From: Escherichia phage ECD7
Sequence record: NC_041936.1
DNA: 64,000 nt
Direction: 5' to 3' (one strand)
Made by a program: the position numbers and the translations under genes. Numbering within the stretch: the first letter of the stretch is position 1; each line of letters starts with the position of its first letter. Of the stretch, positions 44,171 through 52,665 are shown one piece after another. The notes under the pieces are model-generated. The model worked only from the letters and a program-made list of their open reading frames with translations, did not search any database and had not been told where the DNA came from.

Positions 44171-44776
44171 TTAACCCTCTTTCGTCATTAATTGAAAACC
44201 ACGTTCAGCTTTTGAGATTTCGCTAGGACGTAAATCGTCACCCACATATTCTAGCATCATTTCTCGGATAATGTCAAGTGCTTTTTCATCACCTGATTTT
44301 AACTCGAACTCAAGTTCATAATGAGCAGTGTCGCCCATTCCTTCGCCTACTTTGCCATAATAGAAAGTGTCTTTGCACATTTCCACTATACCGCAACCCA
44401 GATCTAGAGTCAATGACTTGCGATATGTCATTACTTGCATTATTGTAGTGATATAGTCTGAGTTTACCCCTAGACTATCAATAAAATGGACGAACTCATC
44501 CCAATTTGAAAATGTCATTTCCTCGCGGTTGAATAGTCCAGATTCATTATCACCCATTTTGACCATGATCTCTGATTTTCTACAGTCAAGTCGTGCATAA
44601 ATTCCTTTTTGACGTAGCGCATGGTCTTCGGTATCATAATAAAATTCGTGTTTTAATATGTTATCTCGGTCTACGATATTATAACCGTCATACATTGCTA
44701 CCCACAAATCACAGATGGTTTCGACGCCAATTTGTGAGTGTGCATAGTATTTTAATTCAAGTTCTTTCATAGTCAA
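44171..44776 (-). CDS. CYTH-like (triphosphate tunnel metalloenzyme) domain protein
   Basis: N-terminal ExExK signature (MKELELKYY) and C-terminal ..HYELEFELK..; inserted between dsbA and rnh, absent from T4. Confidence 0.5.
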   Translation of the reverse strand: MTMKELELKYYAHSQIGVETICDLWVAMYDGYNIVDRDNILKHEFYYDTEDHALRQKGIYARLDCRKSEIMVKMGDNESGLFNREEMTFSNWDEFVHFIDSLGVNSDYITTIMQVMTYRKSLTLDLGCGIVEMCKDTFYYGKVGEGMGDTAHYELEFELKSGDEKALDIIREMMLEYVGDDLRPSEISKAERGFQLMTKEG

Positions 44777-44779
44777 CCC

Positions 44780-45727
44780 TTAGAACTCACCAATTTTCTG
44801 CAACATTTTAACTAACGCATTTGTTACAAAATAATTATAAATTTTACCGCGTGGTGCTGGTTTAGATTTCTCCCATGCCAACAAAATTTCATATTCGATG
44901 TTATCAGGAATAAATTCAAAATCAATAAGTTCGCGGTTTTCGTCAAAGCGTCGTGCTTCTTCCTCTGTCATCAAAGACTTTGGATCTTCGGCATCGAAAA
45001 TTTGCTCTAACCATTTGGTTGCAATTGGTTTAGCTCGTTCCCCTTCCAGTCGTGAGATAATGAAATCACTACGGCACTTGATAGAAGCTACACCGTCTTT
45101 TGCGTCACCCTTAACACATTTTACCATAAGGTCTTTGTAAGGGCTACCATATTTGCATTTCTTCCATGCTTTCTGTACTGGCGCCCACTGTTTCACATTT
45201 TTGTATTTGTGCAACTGTGTGTAGTCACCATCGCCGGAGTTGATTAGCACCTGGCGACCTTCTACAGAAAACTTTTTAGTTAACACAGCTATTATATCAT
45301 CCGCTTCAACTTTGTCAACCTTAATAACGTGATAAGGCATATTCTCTTTAAACTCTTCGGTGATCTTATTGATCGCAGCAAAGATCATCTCCCAATCACG
45401 CGGATCTGCGTCTCGTTTTTCCTTACGGTTGCGTTTATAGTAAGGGGCGATATCACGTCGCCAGTAACCTTTGCTTGAATCAAAAGCAAGTACCGTAATA
45501 GGGTATTGCTCTTTGAATTTTGTCATATTATAACGCATGGTGTCAAGAATAAGATGACGGATCATGCCTTCATTAATAGGATCTTCCGGTTTAAAGGTAT
45601 GCGAGATAGTAGCAATCATAAGCTGCGACATATCAATCAAATGCACACCCTCCGGCAGTTTATCTTCTGGATCATCGAAGAAATCATTAAGTGTAGCGGT
45701 AGTTTTTGTAAACGGGTTATACGTCAT
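44780..45727 (-). CDS. rnh: RNase H / flap endonuclease
   Basis: ..MPYHVIKVDKVEADDIIAVLTKKFSVEGRQVLINSGDGDYTQLHKYKNVKQW.. matches recalled T4 RNase H. Confidence 0.85.
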   Translation of the reverse strand: MTYNPFTKTTATLNDFFDDPEDKLPEGVHLIDMSQLMIATISHTFKPEDPINEGMIRHLILDTMRYNMTKFKEQYPITVLAFDSSKGYWRRDIAPYYKRNRKEKRDADPRDWEMIFAAINKITEEFKENMPYHVIKVDKVEADDIIAVLTKKFSVEGRQVLINSGDGDYTQLHKYKNVKQWAPVQKAWKKCKYGSPYKDLMVKCVKGDAKDGVASIKCRSDFIISRLEGERAKPIATKWLEQIFDAEDPKSLMTEEEARRFDENRELIDFEFIPDNIEYEILLAWEKSKPAPRGKIYNYFVTNALVKMLQKIGEF

Positions 45728-45729
45728 AA

Positions 45730-45915
45730 TTAAGTTCTCTCCACTCTCACAACAACATATTCGCCAAACGAGTTAGATACTTCACGATCATACCCATATT
45801 TCTCCATAACTCGCAGAATTGCATTGTTTAATTCGGCGCGGAAATAATTGTAATCCTTATCAGGGATTCTGTCAACTACCCATTTTGCACCTTCTGACAA
45901 ATCAACTTTAACCAT
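45730..45915 (-). CDS. hypothetical small protein
   Basis: 61-aa ORF upstream of rnh, same strand. Confidence 0.5.
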   Translation of the reverse strand: MVKVDLSEGAKWVVDRIPDKDYNYFRAELNNAILRVMEKYGYDREVSNSFGEYVVVRVERT

Positions 45916-45953
45916 AATATATCATCCTCTTTTGTTTCTATCAAGCCTCATTT

Positions 45954-45961
45954 TATAAATA
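45954..45961 (+). promoter_or_regulatory. T4-type late promoter (TATAAATA) for gene 34
   Basis: exact TATAAATA about 29 nt upstream of gp34 ATG. Confidence 0.6.
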
Positions 45962-45989
45962 TGAACATACTATAAAAGGAGACCCAATA

Positions 45990-48900
45990 ATGGCAGATTT
46001 TTCTCAACATTTCAAGGCCACATTTGGCTTTGACGCTGGTAATGAAAAGGTCGTCAATGTAGCATTGGCTGATAAGAATGTCAACACCGATGCGGTCAAC
46101 GTTGAATTTTTCAATTACCATAATGGTATTACTCAGTATGACACAACTCGCGGTTATGATCAATACGGAACTACAATCTATCAAAACCGTCCGTATTATG
46201 CAAAAGAAGATATCACAAAGCCAGCAGGTGATTTTGACCCGACTAAATGGCAAGCACTGCGCACGGACCCACGTTGGGATTATATTGCAGCAACTTCCGG
46301 TGATACTCCTTTACAGTCTGGTGATTATATCGCAGCAGATGGTCAATTTGCAAACTTGACTTTCTCTATGCCAACTAAACCAGCAGAGGGAGACACTATA
46401 ACAGTAAAAGATATCGGTGGCAAGTGTGGTGTTAACGAATTATCGTTCTTGAGTTCAGGACATGAGTTTTACCATAACGGTAATGTGTATAACCGAAAAT
46501 GGTATTGCACTACCCCGTATGCAATGAACTATTTCATCTTTGTTCGTAATCGTTGGCATGTTTATCAGACAGGAACAGAGCCACGCGGGGTGTACGCACA
46601 GCCAGCGATTGATGCTATTCAAATGCAGAATGGTGATCAGGTCTTTCGTCGTAGTTCGTTGGGTAATATTACCTTAGTGCTTCCTAAGTTTGCCAACAAT
46701 GGCGACATGATCCAGACTACAGACCTTGACGGATTAACCGCAACCAACCACGTTACGGTTAAAGTTCATGAGCACGCAGAAGAACAATCAATTGGCACGT
46801 CCGGTCTAAAAGAGATTATCGGTAAGCGTAGCGGTCATGGTGTATTCATCTTTGACAAGACGGAAAACTTATGGCGTTTGTGGGATGGTGATCAGTCTGT
46901 TCGTCTTAAACCGATCATCGATGACACTCGCTTGCAACCTAATAGCTATGTTGCCGTATTTGGTGATCGTGATGTTACTCTGACGCTGCCGACCAATGTC
47001 GAGCCGGGTGATCGTATTCAAGTTTCTATGCAGTATATGCACGGAAACCAGACTTGCCGAATCATTACCTCAGAAGAGGATACAAAAATCCTTATGCAGA
47101 AAAACATGGTTCAGTTTCCTAAGCGTAGCGAGTACCCATTCAATGGGACCGATACATGGACGGGAGTTTCTGAATTGTCTTTCAACGCTGCAAATGATTA
47201 TGTACCTTATCTGGAGTTCTCTTATTCAGAAGGTGATGATGGTAAGAAATACTGGTTGGTGGCACATGCTCACCCGATTGTAGAACGAGTAGATCCGACT
47301 CGTAAAGACCGTGTTGGTGTAATTGCACTGGCTACCCAGACTGAAACGAATAAAAACCATGAAGAGAATCCTAGCGACGAAGTTGCAGTAACACCAAAAA
47401 TGCTGGCTAATAAAACCGCCAACGAAACTCGACGCGGTATTGCTCGAATTGCAACTCAAGCGGAAACGCATCAAGATACTGGTTCCAACTTCCTGGATGA
47501 TGTTATCGTTACGCCTAAAAAGTTAAATGACTGTGTTGCTACCGAAGCCCGTCGTGGTGTGATGGAAATTGCAACCCAGCACGAAACCAATGAAGGTTTA
47601 GACGATACCCGCGCTATTACTCCTAAGAAATTAGAAGAACGTCGCGCTTCCGAAGATCTCGCTGGTATTGCTGAAATTGTTCAGGTTGGCGGTAGTGCTG
47701 CCGCTCGACGTGGCGAAGCTGGTACAGGGATCTATAACATCAACGACCATGCTAAAATTGTTACGCCAAAAAACATCAACGAGGTCAAGGCGACCGAAAC
47801 TTCCCGTGGTGTTGGCTATCTGGCAACTGACGCGGAAGTGCAAGGGGCTACAGAATCAACCCCGCAAGATGCTTTACTAATCACGACTCGCACGCTAACG
47901 AAACGTACTGCTACCGAATCGCGCACTGGTATCGCTGAAATTGCAACACAGGAAGAAACAAACTTAGGTCAAAGTGATAACCATATCATCACGCCTAAAA
48001 AGCTGCATACTCGCCGCGCAACGGAAACTTTACACGGTTTAGCAGAAATTGCAACTCAGCCGGAATTTGACGCAGGTCTTGACGATGCTCGCATTTCTAC
48101 CCCATTGAAGATTAAAACCTTCTTTGAGAATGCACAGCGTTTGAAAGTAGATCCGACTCAGGGGCTTAACCTTACTGGTGATTTGTGGCAAGGTATCATG
48201 ATCCGCGGTCTGGACGCAACCGAAGACACAAAAGGTGTCGCTAAAGTTGCTACTACTCAGCTTACGGATGCTGGTCAAGATGATACTACAATCATCACGC
48301 CTAAAAAGCTGCAAGGCAAAAAGGCCACAGAAGGTAAAGAAGGTATTATCCGAGTTGGTACTCAAGCCGAAACCGTGGCTGGTACACTGGCTAATGTAGC
48401 AATTTCTCCGAAGAACTTCAAATATGTTGTTCAGACAGAGGATACATGGAAAGCAACCGAAGCGCGTCGTGGTTTCTTGAAAGTTGCCACTCAGGAAAAC
48501 TGTTTTGTTGGTGATAATCTGCAAGGTTCTACTCAAGAACTAGGAAACTACCAGCATGACGGAATTGCTGTTACCCCGAAAGGATTAAACTACGCACTTG
48601 CTAATTTCTTACCTAAGATGGCAACCGCTCAGAATAGTTTGAAATTAGGTAACGTAGAGGCCGCTAAATGGGCGCGTAGAGACATTGACCAGACCATAGA
48701 GAGCAATTACACGTTTAATAAAAACGTTAACGTGAAGGGCGATTTAGAGTGCTTAAAATCAGGTTCCTTTGAAACTCTGTATGTGACTAAGAACTCTACT
48801 GATGATCCGAGTAATGGTCATCTGGTGTTGGGTGAGCGTGGAGTTGACGGTCACACCGGAATTACTCTGCATGGCACAACCGCATCGGAAGGCATGAAAA

Positions 48901-49730
48901 ACTCCTGGTCTATTATCGTTGGTGGTACTGGAACGGCGCAAGCAGTTAATAGTGGCGCTATCGCTTTCGGTCAAATCAATGATGGTGGAGTCGTCGAGCA
49001 TTACGCCTTTGCTATGGAACACACTGGCGACGCGACAGCATATAGAAACTTAATGGCAGGTCGTAACCTGTATGCAAAACAAGGCGGTTTATACATTGTT
49101 GACCTGTCTAATCCGGCAATGACTCGTTCCTCAGATGGTATGCTGAATATCGGTCACGGTGGAAGTGTTAACATCAAGGCAGGTCATCAAACGTTAACTA
49201 CAGAGATCGCCGGACAGAAATATCAGATCGTACACGCAGGAAACGCCGACGAAGTTCTTAACCGTCGGTTTGTTAAGAATGCTGGCGATACAATGGTCGG
49301 TAAGCTGACTATGGATAATGCGCCTATTGTTTCTGTTAAGCATGAAGCTAGCGCGGCAACCGCTCCGGCAATCGGTAACATCGGTTTCTGGAATATGCGA
49401 GTTACTACCCAGAACATCAAAGAAACTTATCCAGAGAAGAAAAACGGTACTCTGATGCAATGGGGTACTGACGCGGACGGGCTTACCCAGCTTTGGTCCC
49501 CTGATGGTACTCATAAACATTATATCCGTTCCGGTACTGGTGGTCAATGGACCGCATGGGGTGAAATTTACACCAAACAGAATAAGCCTACCGCTCAGGA
49601 AATCGGGGCAGTTGTTGCAGAAGGTGGTTTAATGAACTCTATGACGGTTCGTGATTGGATCAAAGTTGGTAATGTTAAAATCATCGCCAATAATCTGACT
49701 CGTACCGTAGACTTTATCTGGGAAGACTAA
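45990..49730 (+). CDS. 34: long tail fibre proximal subunit gp34
   Basis: 1246 aa; N-terminus MADFSQHF..FDAGNEKVVNVALADKNVNTDAVNVEF..TRGY matches T4 gp34; internal ~30-aa repeats (..TPKKL..ATE..G.AEIATQ.E..); late promoter TATAAATA 45954-45961. Confidence 0.9.
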   Translation: MADFSQHFKATFGFDAGNEKVVNVALADKNVNTDAVNVEFFNYHNGITQYDTTRGYDQYGTTIYQNRPYYAKEDITKPAGDFDPTKWQALRTDPRWDYIAATSGDTPLQSGDYIAADGQFANLTFSMPTKPAEGDTITVKDIGGKCGVNELSFLSSGHEFYHNGNVYNRKWYCTTPYAMNYFIFVRNRWHVYQTGTEPRGVYAQPAIDAIQMQNGDQVFRRSSLGNITLVLPKFANNGDMIQTTDLDGLTATNHVTVKVHEHAEEQSIGTSGLKEIIGKRSGHGVFIFDKTENLWRLWDGDQSVRLKPIIDDTRLQPNSYVAVFGDRDVTLTLPTNVEPGDRIQVSMQYMHGNQTCRIITSEEDTKILMQKNMVQFPKRSEYPFNGTDTWTGVSELSFNAANDYVPYLEFSYSEGDDGKKYWLVAHAHPIVERVDPTRKDRVGVIALATQTETNKNHEENPSDEVAVTPKMLANKTANETRRGIARIATQAETHQDTGSNFLDDVIVTPKKLNDCVATEARRGVMEIATQHETNEGLDDTRAITPKKLEERRASEDLAGIAEIVQVGGSAAARRGEAGTGIYNINDHAKIVTPKNINEVKATETSRGVGYLATDAEVQGATESTPQDALLITTRTLTKRTATESRTGIAEIATQEETNLGQSDNHIITPKKLHTRRATETLHGLAEIATQPEFDAGLDDARISTPLKIKTFFENAQRLKVDPTQGLNLTGDLWQGIMIRGLDATEDTKGVAKVATTQLTDAGQDDTTIITPKKLQGKKATEGKEGIIRVGTQAETVAGTLANVAISPKNFKYVVQTEDTWKATEARRGFLKVATQENCFVGDNLQGSTQELGNYQHDGIAVTPKGLNYALANFLPKMATAQNSLKLGNVEAAKWARRDIDQTIESNYTFNKNVNVKGDLECLKSGSFETLYVTKNSTDDPSNGHLVLGERGVDGHTGITLHGTTASEGMKNSWSIIVGGTGTAQAVNSGAIAFGQINDGGVVEHYAFAMEHTGDATAYRNLMAGRNLYAKQGGLYIVDLSNPAMTRSSDGMLNIGHGGSVNIKAGHQTLTTEIAGQKYQIVHAGNADEVLNRRFVKNAGDTMVGKLTMDNAPIVSVKHEASAATAPAIGNIGFWNMRVTTQNIKETYPEKKNGTLMQWGTDADGLTQLWSPDGTHKHYIRSGTGGQWTAWGEIYTKQNKPTAQEIGAVVAEGGLMNSMTVRDWIKVGNVKIIANNLTRTVDFIWED

Positions 49731-49762
49731 TTAAAGGGGGCGAAAGCCCCTATGGGGTTATT

Positions 49763-50902
49763 ATGACACAAGATATAGAATTACGCAATACTGGAATTAG
49801 GTTTGCGCATTTCGACGAAGACTCTGCGACATTTACCAGCATTTCAGAAAATAACTCTGTGATGTATAAGCTGGAAGTGCGCGGATCTAATGCGGATTCT
49901 ACCAAACCAGCAAGGATTAGATTTAATGGAGTGGAGATCGTTGGCACTGGCTATGAAAATGGCCTAAATTTTAAAGTTCTTACTCCAACTGGACAACTAC
50001 ACGAAGAAAAGGTATTCTATGGTCGCGGTGCTGTTTTGGCAATGCGTGATTATCTTTCTTTGCTGAAAGGTGACTATATCATTGCGATGGCAACGCATGG
50101 AGAATTGTTTGCAGATCCGATAAGTGATGATGTATTTTCTAAGCTGGGATCTGTATCATTCCCGAATCACATTTTGTTACAGCAAATGCCTCGTGTATCA
50201 TATGCAGCAATTTATTCTACTAAAATGGGTAAAATTGTGTGCGAAGGTATGCAAGCGACCCACGGGGAAGGACAAGATTCATCTATACAAATTGAGAAAG
50301 TCTATGATACTATAGATGATCTTGCTATAACAGGAACACCACAACGATTTTTAGATTATCCGGTTGAGTATGTTAGCGAAGATGCCGAACATTTCGAGCT
50401 AATACAATGGCCTCACGATGAGATCAGCGCCCCACTTGAGGATTTTAACATAAAGGCAGGTGACAAACTATCAATATCCTTTGAATTGTTCCGTGATAGT
50501 GCCGCAGCCGCAGCCAACGTAACAGCGCGTTTCTATCACAACTACTTCACCGATGGACAATATCAAACTGGTGTTCGATACAATGCCAGCAAAAAAGACC
50601 AATGGGAAAAGTTTGAAGCCGTCTATACCGTACCGGAAGGAGTTGATAGTGTAGTAACTGGTTGTATCAGATATCCAACCAACTCAAGTGAAGGTATTGT
50701 TAAAATTAGAAACATACTAATAACGCCGATCAGTGGAGTCGTCAAAACTACTGGTCCTACTTCATTTGGTGTTAATGGTGTTAGAACAACTCATATTCAG
50801 GATAACGGTGATTTTACTAACCCTGTAATGAGTCTTCTTAAACTGCCTAGAGATAATAAACACATCACATCCAACAACTTTAAAGAGTTCGATGTTGATT
50901 AA
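49763..50902 (+). CDS. 35: tail fibre hinge gp35
   Basis: 379 aa, synteny between 34 and 36, terminator downstream. Confidence 0.75.
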   Translation: MTQDIELRNTGIRFAHFDEDSATFTSISENNSVMYKLEVRGSNADSTKPARIRFNGVEIVGTGYENGLNFKVLTPTGQLHEEKVFYGRGAVLAMRDYLSLLKGDYIIAMATHGELFADPISDDVFSKLGSVSFPNHILLQQMPRVSYAAIYSTKMGKIVCEGMQATHGEGQDSSIQIEKVYDTIDDLAITGTPQRFLDYPVEYVSEDAEHFELIQWPHDEISAPLEDFNIKAGDKLSISFELFRDSAAAAANVTARFYHNYFTDGQYQTGVRYNASKKDQWEKFEAVYTVPEGVDSVVTGCIRYPTNSSEGIVKIRNILITPISGVVKTTGPTSFGVNGVRTTHIQDNGDFTNPVMSLLKLPRDNKHITSNNFKEFDVD

Positions 50903-50913
50903 CATTTTTAACA

Positions 50914-50944
50914 AGCCGATCCTCGTGGTCGGCTTTATTTTTAT
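50914..50944 (+). terminator. rho-independent terminator downstream of gene 35
   Basis: AGCCGATCCTCGTGGTCGGCT hairpin followed by TTATTTTTAT. Confidence 0.6.
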
Positions 50945-51062
50945 ACAGTTGGTTAAATTATAACCAAAACGAAGAAAGATCTTTAGAATATAGAAAAGTT
51001 TGTTTCGGTTAAAAATTAGTCAGTGCCTACGGCACGTCGCGAAGCGATATTTTGTTAACATT

Positions 51063-51070
51063 CTATAAAT
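51063..51070 (+). promoter_or_regulatory. T4-type late promoter (TATAAATA) for gene 36
   Basis: exact TATAAATA about 35 nt upstream of gp36 ATG. Confidence 0.6.
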
Positions 51071-51104
51071 ACTCGGAACTATAACTAATTTTTGAGGTTA
51101 CTTT

Positions 51105-52595
51105 ATGGCAGATTTGAAATATGGATCTACTGTAGGTGGATCTCCCATTTGGACGCAAGGAAACTTGACGATCCAGCCAGCGGGGGATCAGCTTTTCTAC
51201 AAAGGTCATAAAATCTATACCGCTTTTGATAGACCTTCGGCTACCGATTTTGATGCTGTTAGTGCATCCGAAGGTGGAACATTTCAAAAGCAAGTTCATT
51301 TCGAGGAAGGTTTAAGCGTAGGTAGCGCATCGGCTGGAGAAACCAAAAAGAATGGTATCTTTAAAGGTCAGAGTGACGCTGCTAATTTTGACGGCGTAAG
51401 CTGGGGTTTGCATTCATGGAAGTCAATCGGCTTTGTTAATGCCCGTGATGGCGTTATTATGGCGTATATTGACACCACAACGGGCGAATTTAAGTCTAAA
51501 GGGACTATCGAAGGGACAACCATTAAAGACACAGGTCAACGCGTCTATAGCCCTGTTAATAAACCAACGAATAATGATTTAGATTTGGTGTCTCGTCGCG
51601 GTGATACTCTCACAGGAACATATAATTTAAACACTGTCACTGTTAAACTATCGGTTGATTCGAAATTAATTGCAAGGGAACGTGATTTAATTAATTTTGA
51701 TGCGACTAAGATCTATTATGGTAACGTTCTTGATACGTTGGTCTTCCGAAGTAAAGATGAGCCTACCATTTTTGTTAATGGCAAAGAAGGTCGTTTTTAT
51801 CACACCAACAATAAACCAACTAAAGCCGATGTTGGACTAGGAAATGTCACCAATGATGCACAGGTTAAACGTGCTGGTGATATTATGGAAGGTAACTTGC
51901 AAGCGCCTAGAATGTTGGCGACAAACGATCCTGCTGGTCCTAATGAATTGGTTCGTTTGAGCTACTTTGAGAGAAAATCAATGGTAGCAAATCCAACCAT
52001 CATAGGAAACGTTGATTGGAACACTCTTATTAATCGCGGTATCTATCGTGTGGAAAATGCTGGGTCGGGTACTAATAAACCGTCTGATAGCTATTATAAC
52101 GGCGTTTTGATGGTATATCGCCCAGAAGATGCGGTCGGCACTCGTCGAATTGTTCAGGTGTATTATCCTGAATCTATTGACCATCCGATGTGCTGGCGTT
52201 CTTGTTCTAATGAATCATGGACTGCATGGAACTATGTAGATCACCGTAAATTAGCCGATATTCGCTATGTTAACGTAACTGGCGATACCATGACAGGACC
52301 GTTAACTGTTCCGGCTGCAAACGGTGTTAGAACGGCTAAAACTAACTATAACGGGGATAACTGTTATGCGGCGTTAAGCGGTGCTGATGGTACTGCTATG
52401 ATTCACCGCATTAGTGATATTAAAGGGACCGAAAAGCTGGGGATCACCCACGACTCAAAGGTCGTGTTTTTCCGTTCTAGAAACAATACTCAAACCGTGG
52501 ACCGCTATCAGCTTTATCATGAAGGCAATAAGCCTACTCCGGCTGATGTTGGAGCGGTTCCACTTAATGCGGTGATTGATTTTGGTACTTTCTAA
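51105..52595 (+). CDS. 36: long tail fibre distal subunit gp36
   Basis: N-terminus MADLKYGSTVGGSPIWTQGN.. matches T4 gp36 N-terminus; late promoter TATAAATA 51063-51070; longer than the T4 protein as I recall it. Confidence 0.8.
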   Translation: MADLKYGSTVGGSPIWTQGNLTIQPAGDQLFYKGHKIYTAFDRPSATDFDAVSASEGGTFQKQVHFEEGLSVGSASAGETKKNGIFKGQSDAANFDGVSWGLHSWKSIGFVNARDGVIMAYIDTTTGEFKSKGTIEGTTIKDTGQRVYSPVNKPTNNDLDLVSRRGDTLTGTYNLNTVTVKLSVDSKLIARERDLINFDATKIYYGNVLDTLVFRSKDEPTIFVNGKEGRFYHTNNKPTKADVGLGNVTNDAQVKRAGDIMEGNLQAPRMLATNDPAGPNELVRLSYFERKSMVANPTIIGNVDWNTLINRGIYRVENAGSGTNKPSDSYYNGVLMVYRPEDAVGTRRIVQVYYPESIDHPMCWRSCSNESWTAWNYVDHRKLADIRYVNVTGDTMTGPLTVPAANGVRTAKTNYNGDNCYAALSGADGTAMIHRISDIKGTEKLGITHDSKVVFFRSRNNTQTVDRYQLYHEGNKPTPADVGAVPLNAVIDFGTF

Positions 52596-52599
52596 TTTT

Positions 52600-52625
52600 A
52601 GCGGGGATTATCTCCCCGCTTTTCT
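52600..52625 (+). terminator. rho-independent terminator downstream of gene 36
   Basis: AGCGGGGATTATCTCCCCGCT hairpin followed by TTTCT. Confidence 0.5.
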
Positions 52626-52665
52626 AAATAATATTATTCTAATAACCGTTTAAGGATTTTATAAA

